In this document: positions 24,237 to 34,791 of the stretch, in pieces | Numbering within the stretch: position 1 is the stretch's first letter | Layout of the letters: every line of letters begins with the position of its first letter | Assembly: GCA_024704765.1 (NCBI GenBank) | Contig: JAKMXF010000014.1 | Coordinates: 35,242-99,241 of the forward strand | Direction of reading: 5' to 3' | Length of the DNA: 64,000 nucleotides | Source of the DNA: Oopsacas minuta | Taxonomy: Eukaryota; Animalia; Porifera | Position numbers and translations under genes: made by a program | Notes under the pieces: model-generated | Seen by the model: only the letters and a program-made list of their open reading frames with translations | Databases searched by the model: none | What the model was told of the DNA's origin: nothing

Positions 24237-25484
24237 TCAAAAGAATTGTAGACAATTAGTATTCTTCTGACACACAACTATAATGTGTCCTGTGTTGTTT
24301 AGTGTTATTCCCCATGGGTAACTGAACTCCCCGATACCCTGACCTTCCTTCCCAAACTTGTGTATCTGTTCTCCCTCCAGATTGAATACGTACACACAGT
24401 GATTATAGTAGTCACTCATAATGATGTTATAGTCTCTGTCTATGTCGAAACAGCATGGATTGTTTGTTTGTTTGCCAACACCTCTAGTTATCAGTCTGTT
24501 GGTTAGAATGTGATCCGAATTGAACACAAACATACACGGATGACTATCATCTAGCACCAATACTATATCTCTTGTAACCTTAACGTCACGTGGATACTTA
24601 AACAAATCTATTCCTAGCATGGAATGGAACTTGAGTACTTGAGTTAAGATTTGAACTCGGTTATTATTATAATCACATACGTACACATTGCGATTTCTAT
24701 CAGAGACATCTACTCCGTGTGGACAGTAGAACTGAGCTTCTCCATTCCCTTCACTACCAACACTCTTGATTAGTTTTCCTTCTAGCTCGTACTTATTAAT
24801 GCAATGACCATGATATTGTGTAACAAACACATAATTCTGAGATATACAGATACCTACTGGTTTGTTCATCTTCTCACTGAACATGAAGAGATAGTCTCCG
24901 TTACTGCTAAATACTTGTACACGATCGTTGGAATAATCTGCTATGTATATGTCTCCAGTTTGGTTAAGAACTGCTATACCTCTGGGACAGTTCAGTTCCC
25001 CTGGAACTTTCTTGTGTATATCATTCTTACAGCCACAAGCAATAGGCAGCTGTTTAGCCTTGTAGTCAGGTACAACAGGCTTCACTTGAGGAAGGAAGAA
25101 GTGGGTGGGAAATATTTTAGTCTGACTGTTAAGCTTAATACTCCCTAGCTGTTCTATGTCAGTCTCGAATTGATTGTCCCATTCAAACTCAATGCTACTG
25201 CCTGTCTCAGCTGTTAGTTCATTAATTTGTTTGTGAGTTTCAGCAAGTTTATTCGCGGAGAGAGTCTCTGTAGCTTGTGTCATTTCTTTGTTCAAAGCTT
25301 CGACCAATGAATTCATTTCTTGAGTTTTATTATTGTAATCATTCTCGATTTGATCAATACGAGAGAGGAGGATACTCTCTCTGAGCCTGAGTGCTTCATG
25401 CGACTGCTTGAAACAGTCTCTAATCTTCTTTCTACTCTCTTTTATCTGAGTTATGAAACTCAAATCAACTTCTACAGTAGCCAT
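24237..25484 (-). CDS. Coiled-coil + NHL-repeat protein, paralog B, single exon, 415 aa
   Basis: Intact ORF highly similar to paralog A, with a short deletion in the coiled-coil region. Confidence 0.9.
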   Translation of the reverse strand: MATVEVDLSFITQIKESRKKIRDCFKQSHEALRLRESILLSRIDQIENDYNNKTQEMNSLVEALNKEMTQATETLSANKLAETHKQINELTAETGSSIEFEWDNQFETDIEQLGSIKLNSQTKIFPTHFFLPQVKPVVPDYKAKQLPIACGCKNDIHKKVPGELNCPRGIAVLNQTGDIYIADYSNDRVQVFSSNGDYLFMFSEKMNKPVGICISQNYVFVTQYHGHCINKYELEGKLIKSVGSEGNGEAQFYCPHGVDVSDRNRNVYVCDYNNNRVQILTQVLKFHSMLGIDLFKYPRDVKVTRDIVLVLDDSHPCMFVFNSDHILTNRLITRGVGKQTNNPCCFDIDRDYNIIMSDYYNHCVYVFNLEGEQIHKFGKEGQGIGEFSYPWGITLNNTGHIIVVCQKNTNCLQFF

Positions 25485-26660
25485 TTGTGTAGAAATTTAT
25501 CTTTTGTTGAATTGAATGATAGTGACTATAGAATAGTTATAATTATATTAATTACTGAGAAACTACACAATCTATATTCATATAATTTGATGAAATTTAT
25601 ACCATGAGCTATTTGACTGTGCATGCTATAGATAAGCTAATACTAGTTATTCCATAACTAGAAGGGAAGCGGGGGTTCTTTTAGCACCATAAACCAGGCG
25701 CGGCACGTCTCTTCGAAAAGTGGTTCGGCGAGAAATTTACATTATTCGAATGTGCTCCGGCGACTCCGCACTAATTATAATATTAAGGCATGAATTAAAC
25801 CTGTCTACGATCTATTAAGTTATACATATATATTAGGGTGCATCAGTTGCCGCTTTCGCCTAAAAACTAACGTCGCTGACTACTCTTATGTTATCTATTC
25901 TGTATTGATTCATCATGCACAATTTCAATGAATCCATTAAGCTTTAGTAGTAATCACAATAGATTGTAATTTTGCTGGTGTTTATCGCTTTCTGTCCAGT
26001 ATTCGAAAAGTGTAGTTGGATCATGTCTGGATATCTGAAAACTTAGAATTGGGTAGTTTGGGGGTTAGTTCATGTCGGTGAATAACATTGTTCGGAAACC
26101 AATCTTGTAGTTTTGGAGAAATTAGCGAAAATAGTTGGAGTCGGTGCTGGTATGATAACTATCATCAGTTAAAGCCATTTTCACTAATATCTTCTAGTAC
26201 AAGATTGGTTATCAGTGTTTTATTGACCGACATAAAACCACCTCCAGACTACACAATTCCAATTTTTCAGATCTTTAGCCCTGATCAAACTTCTTTTTTT
26301 TCAACAAATTGGCTAGAAAATCGGACAAAAAGCACAAAAATCTAGTACCATTTCAAAATCAAATAAGTGCTATAATCTCGAATTGGGTGCGGGAATAGGT
26401 TAAAACTGAAGTGATAAAATTTAGTGTTCTTTTTGGTTACGAATATAACACCTCGGCAGTAATCGGTTAATGCTCTGGTAATTTGAAATTTATTTAGATA
26501 GATAAATAATATAAATCTGTTACGAATAATGAAAGGGTAATTAATTTGAGATTTTTAATTGAAAGGTTTGCGTCACATTATTCACGCTACATCCTGTACT
26601 GTACTCTGTAGTTATTTGTACTAGTAATTAAGTAGTATATGAAAATACTGGAATAAAGAT

Positions 26661-28706
26661 TTATAGCTTAGCAGGCTGTCCGAGGTATAATGTGTGCTGC
26701 ATTTGCATTAGAGACTCCTCAATACATTTAATCATACCAGCTGTAGAAGTAGTAGGACAGCTCCTGAATGTACTTACACAAATCCTGAACTCATTCTCTC
26801 TGGGATTATAACACACACCGTAACCATCTGGTACAACAGGACCGAAGCATAAAGTCAGTTGATGCTGTGATGGTACCTGACTGGTGGAGAGGGTAATGTG
26901 TAGACTGTGTGAGTATGTAGGATCGGAGAAGATCTCGGGAAGTAGAACACCCTTCTCCTTAGATATCAACTTCAGTCCCAACAGATGTCGATCAACACCC
27001 TGACCATTCACAGCCTCTATTGTGTAACTACGATGAGCTTCTACTGCCTGACGTAATAAATGTGCTAGCTTTTCATTAGACATTACATTCTGTGTAAAAG
27101 CCTGTACAAACTCGAGAGAAGCCATAGTAGCAGATCGGATAGTCTCAGTCCTGCCTTGATAGAATTTCCGTGTGGATCCGCTCTCATAAGTTGCTGGTGT
27201 CTTAGTATGCATTTTATAGTAAGCAAGTTGTAATGCTACCTGGAAGAAACTGTCTGGACTAAGCCTGTAGCTTTTGGGAAGATCTTTACCGAATTCTTTG
27301 AACAAAAAGCATTGGACATCTGTATCAGCGACAAGAGAATCCATCTCTTCTCTAGCTACAGCTATATGCTGCTGACTTACAGCAGAAATTTCCCAAAGCA
27401 GCTCTTCAGGATCTGCAAGTAGGGGGTCCTTACAAGCACATACGTCACTTGGTTCTTGAGAGGCAGCAATAGTCTTATCGAATAATTTAATTACCGGGGG
27501 AGCATCTGCATTAGAATGTTCGTAATTCATTCCAAAATATCCGTCTTTACCGACTAGGAACTGAACTCCTGAATCAAACCATCTGTTAGCAGAGTGTACA
27601 GAGCTTCCGTAACCGTGTAGTGTAATCCTAGAAGCTGTAGTCTCTGTGGGATCTGAAAGGTGTGAAATCTCTGAGGTAGACACGAGTGGAGTTGGATTAT
27701 CAATACACAGAGTGAATATAGCAGTTTCTATTTGTTCCAGTGTGGTTACGTTTGTTGGTGTATTGATTAACTCCTGTCTGGCTGTAACAAGCTTGTCTCT
27801 GTGTAGACTGGTGAGAATGCCAACTTTATCCTTACAGGGGGTATCACTCTGTCTTAGGATAGCCTCTATCTGTGAAGAAATAGCTTCACGTGTAGCTAGG
27901 ACACCCTCACGATTGAATACAGGGAGTTTGAAGAAGCGGCCCTGGTGTATAACTAGGATATGTCTGCTCTGTTCTCTACTCGGACGTCTTTGTGAATCAA
28001 TATCCTTCTCTGGGATACGAGTACTTGCTAGTATGTTACTGTACTGACTCATATCAAGAGCTACCGAACCCATGAGATCAGGAGGAAGTCTGTCTTCCAG
28101 CACGTCCAGATGGAACTCAAGAGCCGAGCGTACAACTTTAGAACAGAAGGAGACGAGCTGGTTCTGTGTAGAGAACTCTTGTTTGAAGGTTGATACACCA
28201 GGTGACGAGTGGACTACTACAGGGAGTCTGAATCCGAGATACGCACACTCTAACCACCACTGGTGCAGCCAGCTATCTCTTACTTTGGCTCTCTCCTGTA
28301 GAGCTTTTTGAAGGTCCGGGCCAGCCCCCGTTCTGAAGCCTTCCACTATTTTCTGAGTTTTAGAGAACTGATCTGGAGACAGGAGTGGTCTTACAACCTG
28401 TAAATACTTATCTAACGTCTCTTCTAGAGGAGGTACGGGGAGACGGGGTATACCAGACGAGGTAAAGAGAGCAGTAGTGCTAGCAGAGCGAGTACTCAGG
28501 AAGGGAAGAGCCATAGCACTAGCTGGGACATGTGAGAGGATAGGGGTAGATTGTTGTTTAGGAAAAGGTTTGTGTGACGTCATGCTATATGTTGACAATA
28601 TTCTGTTACTGGGAAAGGGTTTGTAAGGAAGTTGTAATGAATTCGTGAATATTCTGTTTGAACCAATCACAATGCGTGAGAATGCCATGAGCATACGTCC
28701 ACTCAA
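26661..28706 (-). CDS. CRAT: Carnitine O-acetyltransferase, single exon
   Basis: 681 aa; LPVPPLEETL, WL..WW...AYL..R.P..V.SSP, NRWFD, catalytic YEHS, PDSFFQVALQLAYY, TYESGSTRKF..GRTETIRS, G.GVDRHLLGL, STSQ, FGPVVPDGYGVCYNP; C-terminal AKL. Confidence 0.9.
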   Translation of the reverse strand: MSGRMLMAFSRIVIGSNRIFTNSLQLPYKPFPSNRILSTYSMTSHKPFPKQQSTPILSHVPASAMALPFLSTRSASTTALFTSSGIPRLPVPPLEETLDKYLQVVRPLLSPDQFSKTQKIVEGFRTGAGPDLQKALQERAKVRDSWLHQWWLECAYLGFRLPVVVHSSPGVSTFKQEFSTQNQLVSFCSKVVRSALEFHLDVLEDRLPPDLMGSVALDMSQYSNILASTRIPEKDIDSQRRPSREQSRHILVIHQGRFFKLPVFNREGVLATREAISSQIEAILRQSDTPCKDKVGILTSLHRDKLVTARQELINTPTNVTTLEQIETAIFTLCIDNPTPLVSTSEISHLSDPTETTASRITLHGYGSSVHSANRWFDSGVQFLVGKDGYFGMNYEHSNADAPPVIKLFDKTIAASQEPSDVCACKDPLLADPEELLWEISAVSQQHIAVAREEMDSLVADTDVQCFLFKEFGKDLPKSYRLSPDSFFQVALQLAYYKMHTKTPATYESGSTRKFYQGRTETIRSATMASLEFVQAFTQNVMSNEKLAHLLRQAVEAHRSYTIEAVNGQGVDRHLLGLKLISKEKGVLLPEIFSDPTYSHSLHITLSTSQVPSQHQLTLCFGPVVPDGYGVCYNPRENEFRICVSTFRSCPTTSTAGMIKCIEESLMQMQHTLYLGQPAKL

Positions 28707-30333
28707 TATATAGCTTACAAACTAAGATAATGTAACGTGTACGTTAAGGTGTGTCATGTGCTTCTATAAGAATTGCGTAATTATAATAAGTCTACGTAAT
28801 CAAACATTTTCTAATATATTAATAGAACGTACAAGGTTGTTATATGATTTTGTTTGCATTTTTAGGCAATGAAATAGGTGAATATTCTTTTACAATATCC
28901 TCCTCATACGTAGAAATTACATATTTACGAATTGCATATTTAGTTAGTGGGAGTACAATTATGGAGAAGTGGGCTAATGTGCAGGATATTGAAAGTTTAA
29001 AGAGAGCTATAATTAAGCTTGAGTTTACAAACAATTAATCCTATTTAATAGCTAGCATGGCAACTACGTAAATTCATAGGCGGCGTTGTGCTAATTGGAC
29101 TGTCCAGACCTGAATTTGCAAAAGTGGCCATAATAATAGACAAATTAACTAAACTAAGAATTCTCCTTAGTATTGCGAATCAATATTCTGACAATAATCT
29201 AAGTGTATTATAGTAACAATATCAATTCTTTAAGGAGGCTACATAACAGCATTCTGTCTTGTGGTTGTACCAGCTCTCTAATCTTGTATCAACTCAGGGG
29301 TAACTACGTGAAAACAATCGTATATTGGCCCCGCTCATGATTTGCTAGACAATATTAGAGGCGCCTATCACGGGCGGTATTTATGGTACGGCTGGCTCTG
29401 GTATGGCAGAGCTGCATTGGTACTGCGGCAAAATTTCGTGCCCCGGGGGATGCCTCTCCCTTGGTAAAGCATGCCACGTTGGTTCAAATCGCATCTTACC
29501 CTCAATATTTTTAATCTCACCAAAATATCTGCGGGGATATATCTCTTGTATTGATCTATATACCTGAATATTATTTTTCGAGTATTACCCTAATCAAATG
29601 TATCCATCTTATTAATATACGTAAAGCAAAAGTCAATCGGAAAAGTAATCCAAACAAAATTTGTATTATACAGTTATGAGAAATAGTTTAAGATTCAAAC
29701 TTACGTGACAGTAGAAAGGTAATTAATGTGGTAGCAATTATTACTTGTTATCCAGGACTTATTGATCCTCATCTAGTACTTGTTGCTCATCAGATTTAAT
29801 TTGTGCCACCCCCAGATTTCAAAGCCACACGACGCCACTACCCAGCTGGATAGTTATACCCAACTAGAAATTTATAGATCAGCCACTACATGCCTCCTGC
29901 TAAACCCGTGAAAACACCTTGTCTCACGTCCTGTCCCCCTTTGGTAATTCCTTCGCCCCACCCCCTAAGGGAAAATCCTGGCGACGTCCCTGACGCGGCC
30001 CCTGTAGGTTGCTAAACGTTTTCTTTATAAGGAACTTCCCAGCCTGAGATTAGATCTTTCAAGGTTATTAATGTTAACTTCTTCAAATTTCTGTCTGTGG
30101 TAAGTTTCAGTCATTTTAAGTATGAATAAATTACATTTTGGGTTTCAACCTTGATATTTACAAACTTACTGATAGATTAATCGCGTTTTAATGATTACGA
30201 GCTTTTGGCTCGTCGCTTCGCGATGAACTCGGCGCATTGCGCCTCGAGGTATCCATTTTTCTCCAAATTGACGGCCCCTTTGAGTATTATAATATAGATA
30301 TATTTAGAACAATGGAATTCACAAATATACGTA

Positions 30334-30518
30334 CAGTAGAACTCGGATAAGACGCACCCCTCGGGAAACAGAAATTAGTACGTCTTAACTGAGTGTACGT
30401 CTTATCCAAATATGTTTGCATTACAAATAATGATGACTGATATTTTGGGATATAAGAAATAGTACGTCTTAACCGAGTATACGTCTTAAGCCGAGTACGT
30501 CTTATCCGAGTTCTACTG
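30334..30518. mobile_element. pogo/Tigger-like MITE, 185 bp, TA target-site duplication
   Basis: ta|cagtagaactcggataagacg ... cgtcttatccgagttctactg|ta; internal repeats of gtacgtctta. Confidence 0.85.
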
Positions 30519-30748
30519 TATATGGCATTTATATTATTGAATTATTTTGTAACCTTTGTAGCCGTTGAGAGCAAGTATCTACGTATATTTTTAGATTTTG
30601 CGAATTTGTTTTTACTTTCAATAGCTCTTGGTATAAACTTCATCAAATGAAATGAATATAGATTGTATAGTCTCTCAGTAATTAATATAATTATAACTAT
30701 TCTATAGTCACTATTATTCAATTCAACAAAAGATAAATTTCTACACAA

Positions 30749-32017
30749 ATGGCTAATGCAGAAGTTGATTTGAATTTCATAGCTCAGATAAAAGAGAGTA
30801 GAAAGAAGATTAGAGACTGCTTCAAGAAGTCGCATGAAGCTCTCAGACTCAGATAGAGTATCCTCCTCTCACGTATTGATCAAATCGAGAAAAATTATAA
30901 TAGCAAAACTCAAGAGATGAATTCATTGGTCGAAGCTTTGAACAAAGAAATGGCACAAACTACAGAGACTCTCTCCGCTAATAAACTCACTGACGTTCAA
31001 CAAATAATTCAATCAGCTATTGAAAAGAAGATAACAGAACTAACAGCTGAGACAGACAGTAGCATTGAGTTTGAATGGAACAATCAATTCGAGACTGACA
31101 TAGAACAGTTAGGGAGTATTAAGCTTAACAATCAGATTAACACATCTCGCACCAGCACCTTCCCTCCTCAAGTGAAGCCTGCTGTACCTGATTACAAGGC
31201 TAAACAGCTGCCTACTGCTTACTGCTGTAAGTATTCAGAGAACAAAGCTCCAAGAGAACTGAACGGTCCCAGAGGTATAGCAGTACATTACCAAACTGGA
31301 AATATTTACATAGCTGATCTGTTTAACCATCGTGTACAAGTATTTACCAGTAACGGAGACTATCTCTTCATGTTCAGTGGGAAGATGAACCGGCCAGTAG
31401 GTATCTGTATATCTCAGAATAAAGTGTTTGTTACACAATGGAGTGGTCATTGCATTAATAAGTACGAGCTAGAAGGGAAACTAATCAAGAGTGTTGGTAG
31501 TAAAGGTTATGGAGAAGTTCAGTTGTACGGTCCACATGGACTAGATGTCTCTGATAGAAATAGCAATGTGTACGTCTGTGATTTGAATAATAACAGAGTT
31601 CAAATCTTAACTCAAGAACTCAATCTCCATTCCATGCTAGGGATAGATTTGTTTAAGAATCCATGTGATGTTAAGGTTACAAGAGACAGAGTATTGGTGC
31701 TAGATAGGAGTGATCCGTGTATGTTTGTGTTCAATTCGGATCACGTTCTAACCAACAGACTGATAACTAGAGGTGATGGCAAACAAACAAACGTGCCATT
31801 TTGTTTCGACATAGACAGAGATTATAACATCATTATGAGTGACTCCAGTAATCACTGTGTGTACGTATTCAATCATGAGGGAGAACAGATACACAAGTTT
31901 GGGAAGGAAGGACAGAGTATCGGAGAGTTCTATTACCCATTTGGAATAGCACTAGACAACACAGGACACATTATAGTTGTGTGTCAGAAGAATACTAATT
32001 GTCTACAATTCTTTTGA
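30749..32017 (+). pseudogene. Coiled-coil + NHL paralog C with a premature stop at codon 36
   Basis: ATG at 30749 (MANAEVDL); TAG at 30854-30856 where paralogs have GAG; the frame is otherwise open to 32017 and the same length as paralogs A and D; in-frame ATG at 30917. Confidence 0.8.
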
Positions 32018-33057
32018 ACTTATCTTGCATACATTCATTCATAGCTAATATTTTCTTTATACAATTCGTATATAACTTTTATTCTTATTCTATTTCCTTA
32101 TAACCTTTTACAACTATCTTCTTATACAGAGTTGCCTGTCACGCCAAATATTTCTGGGCTTAATGTGGTTCGGCTGGGCCACTTTTGGGCGCCTGAGCCT
32201 GCCCCCCACTTCCCCCTTTAGCTAGCCAAATTTGTTCTACCAGACCAGATTTAGCTTGAATCGGTCCGCGTAAATGTGTTGCTAAGTGTGCAAGGGGAAA
32301 CACTCGGAGAAACAGGGTTTCCTAGGGAATGATGTTTCCCTAAACATCATTCACTAGTAAATAATGTTCGGGGAACAGAATTACCTCTGACACTGGTACC
32401 CAAAAGTAACTTTGGGGAAAGGTAATATTACATAATTTATAAATATTAAAGACACTCGGGGATTTTATAGTTACGCTTAGTAATTGTGAACATAAGTGAC
32501 ATTTTCAAATGGCTAACTAATCTATTTTAATCCCATAAATCTAAATAATATCTAAAATAAACAGAACCACGTATATATATATTGATTATGTAATCAAACT
32601 GGAAGGAATTTATTTGTGGTCAAATACAAACAATAATGATAAATTCGATGGTTGCTGTAAAAGCATTCATATAATTGAATATATTCAGTAGCAATGCAAA
32701 GGGTGTGAAATATGATTAATCATATGATAAATCATTTTGATATAGATTGTAAAATGTCTAAATTGAATTCTACATGCTCGATTACCCCTTACTAGCAGTT
32801 AACTCATGTACGATCGCGTTTCTTGATTTTTGACAGGTTAGTTGCATTTTTTTGCAGATTTCGAATTTTACTACCAAATTATTTACTTTTTATGATATTT
32901 CTATATAAATGTAAGGAATTATATATCAATTGGAAGTTTTGGCCTGTACTAGAATATACTCATACTCTCTAGAAAAATCTCAGAATATTCTACGCTACTC
33001 ATTCAAATAGTTTTCGCACACAAGTGTAACAAATTTGAGTTGTTTGTGCAATTATCC

Positions 33058-33240
33058 AATACGAGCCGCTTCACTTGCTCGCGCTGTGTGGCTTGCGAAC
33101 ATTTTGTGTCCACATGGGACTCGGCACTTTGTGCCTCGAAATGGCAAAGTATAAATTTACAAAATGAATGAATTAATATATATTTCCACAATTTGTTTAC
33201 TTTATATTCATATAAAGTAAACAAAATACAAATTAACATT
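33058..33240 (+). mobile_element. Fragment of the dispersed Helitron/Helentron-like family
   Basis: acgagccgcttcacttgctc...gtgtccaca matches the reverse complement of 12740-12825; shares ttgtttactttatattcat with other copies. Confidence 0.5.
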
Positions 33241-33429
33241 TTTATGCCAAACTCAATCTATGTTAATGAAAAGTTCCACACAAATTCAACCTCTTAATAA
33301 ACTCAATAATATCATAAAGAAAATAGAATAACAAATGGCTGAGGTGTATACAGATTAGGAAGAAGCCATGGAAAGTGGGGCGGCTATGCCCTGCGTGTAT
33401 ATATTATAGATAATTGATATGCTACTTAG

Positions 33430-34791
33430 TCATGAAGGAGGAAAAAGTTTGGTGTAGACCTTCTTGAACGATTTTCTCAGCATCAGGATTGTACCATCTG
33501 GAAAAGTCAATAGTAACTCAGGAAGCAGACCACACCTCGACAATATATTCTGCACAACGAATAGAAAACTAGGTATATGATCTTCATAACTTCCAATCGA
33601 ATTACAATATTTGTCCTCAAGCGAGGTAATATTGGGAAATTTCGGAAAAATATCTTTGCATAAAATGTAATCGATCACTTTTCGAATCCAAGAATCGTGA
33701 ACAATAGCAGACCAGCCTAAAATGCTCCAATTCACGAATGTGAGAGGTATTATTATAATTGTGAAACAAATCAAGCGTTTTTCAAGATTACTCAACTTCA
33801 CTTTTTGCATAAAATGTTTGCGAAAACCAAGTGTTCTGTAATGCACAAGTAACAGGGTTAAAATTCCCATTGTAAACCCCATAGCGCCAGAAAGAAGTTC
33901 TAATATGGCATACGCTTGTAAGAAAACTTGATCGACTTCAGTATCAACAGAAATAAACTGTCTTTTATAAATAAAATATACCATTTGAGGCTGTTCGATC
34001 AATGTAAGGATTGGTATTATTCCTGAAAATATACAACAAATGACTATTTCCACTAACACGATTGTTATTTTAGTTTTTTTGCTGCTTCCTTTCATTAATC
34101 GTATTGGAAAGATGATAACAAGCATAATATTAAACAGACAAATGGACAGCATCGGTAAATTGAAAAGTACAACCGTTGTGAGCAATGTATTATACGCCAA
34201 ACCTCTATCTTTATATAGTATAGACACCTGTAGAATATTCAAGTCATCACGACCATTTGCGAAAAAGTATTTGGGTGGAAGCAAATCAGATAAAGTTAGA
34301 GATAAAGCAAGGCAAGTGATGGAGCATACCAAAAAGAAAATACAAATCCGGACGAAAGATGTATAAGCCTTTGTAATTATCCAAAACACTAGGTTAATAA
34401 TACTTAACAAACAGGTGAAACAGGAAAGTATCGATAGTAAGACTTGCTCAATAGTTTTACAAATCTCACCACATGGATGCCAATTAAACGGCATAATACA
34501 TAAAGACCCATAACTAATGTTATTGACTACACAACCAGGAATATATTGCGCTACTTCATCCAAAATCATAGTAGTTTGTCTGTCACGGATAGTTGAGTTT
34601 GCGTTTTCCGGCACTTGTACTTGGATAACATAAAGCGAGCGAATTCCGATAGCAAATATCCAATAAGCAACAAGAACTACAACAGATAAAACAGTGTAAA
34701 TAACTGTTTTAAATTTCAAAGGTATATTTAATCGTTTCCGAAAAATCACCGTTGAATTAATACAAAAATTTTTTCTACCAAAAGTAGTCAT
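33430..34791 (-). CDS. Frizzled/Smoothened-like (class F) 7TM protein lacking the cysteine-rich Wnt-binding domain, single exon
   Basis: First ATG at 34791; N-terminal hydrophobic segment, short Cys-containing linker, seven further hydrophobic helices; KLSNLEKRLICF resembles Fzd KLEKLM.RIGVF; SWIRKVIDYILC...C...PS resembles Smo EWERSFRDYVLC...C...PS. Confidence 0.6.
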   Translation of the reverse strand: MTTFGRKNFCINSTVIFRKRLNIPLKFKTVIYTVLSVVVLVAYWIFAIGIRSLYVIQVQVPENANSTIRDRQTTMILDEVAQYIPGCVVNNISYGSLCIMPFNWHPCGEICKTIEQVLLSILSCFTCLLSIINLVFWIITKAYTSFVRICIFFLVCSITCLALSLTLSDLLPPKYFFANGRDDLNILQVSILYKDRGLAYNTLLTTVVLFNLPMLSICLFNIMLVIIFPIRLMKGSSKKTKITIVLVEIVICCIFSGIIPILTLIEQPQMVYFIYKRQFISVDTEVDQVFLQAYAILELLSGAMGFTMGILTLLLVHYRTLGFRKHFMQKVKLSNLEKRLICFTIIIIPLTFVNWSILGWSAIVHDSWIRKVIDYILCKDIFPKFPNITSLEDKYCNSIGSYEDHIPSFLFVVQNILSRCGLLPELLLTFPDGTILMLRKSFKKVYTKLFPPS

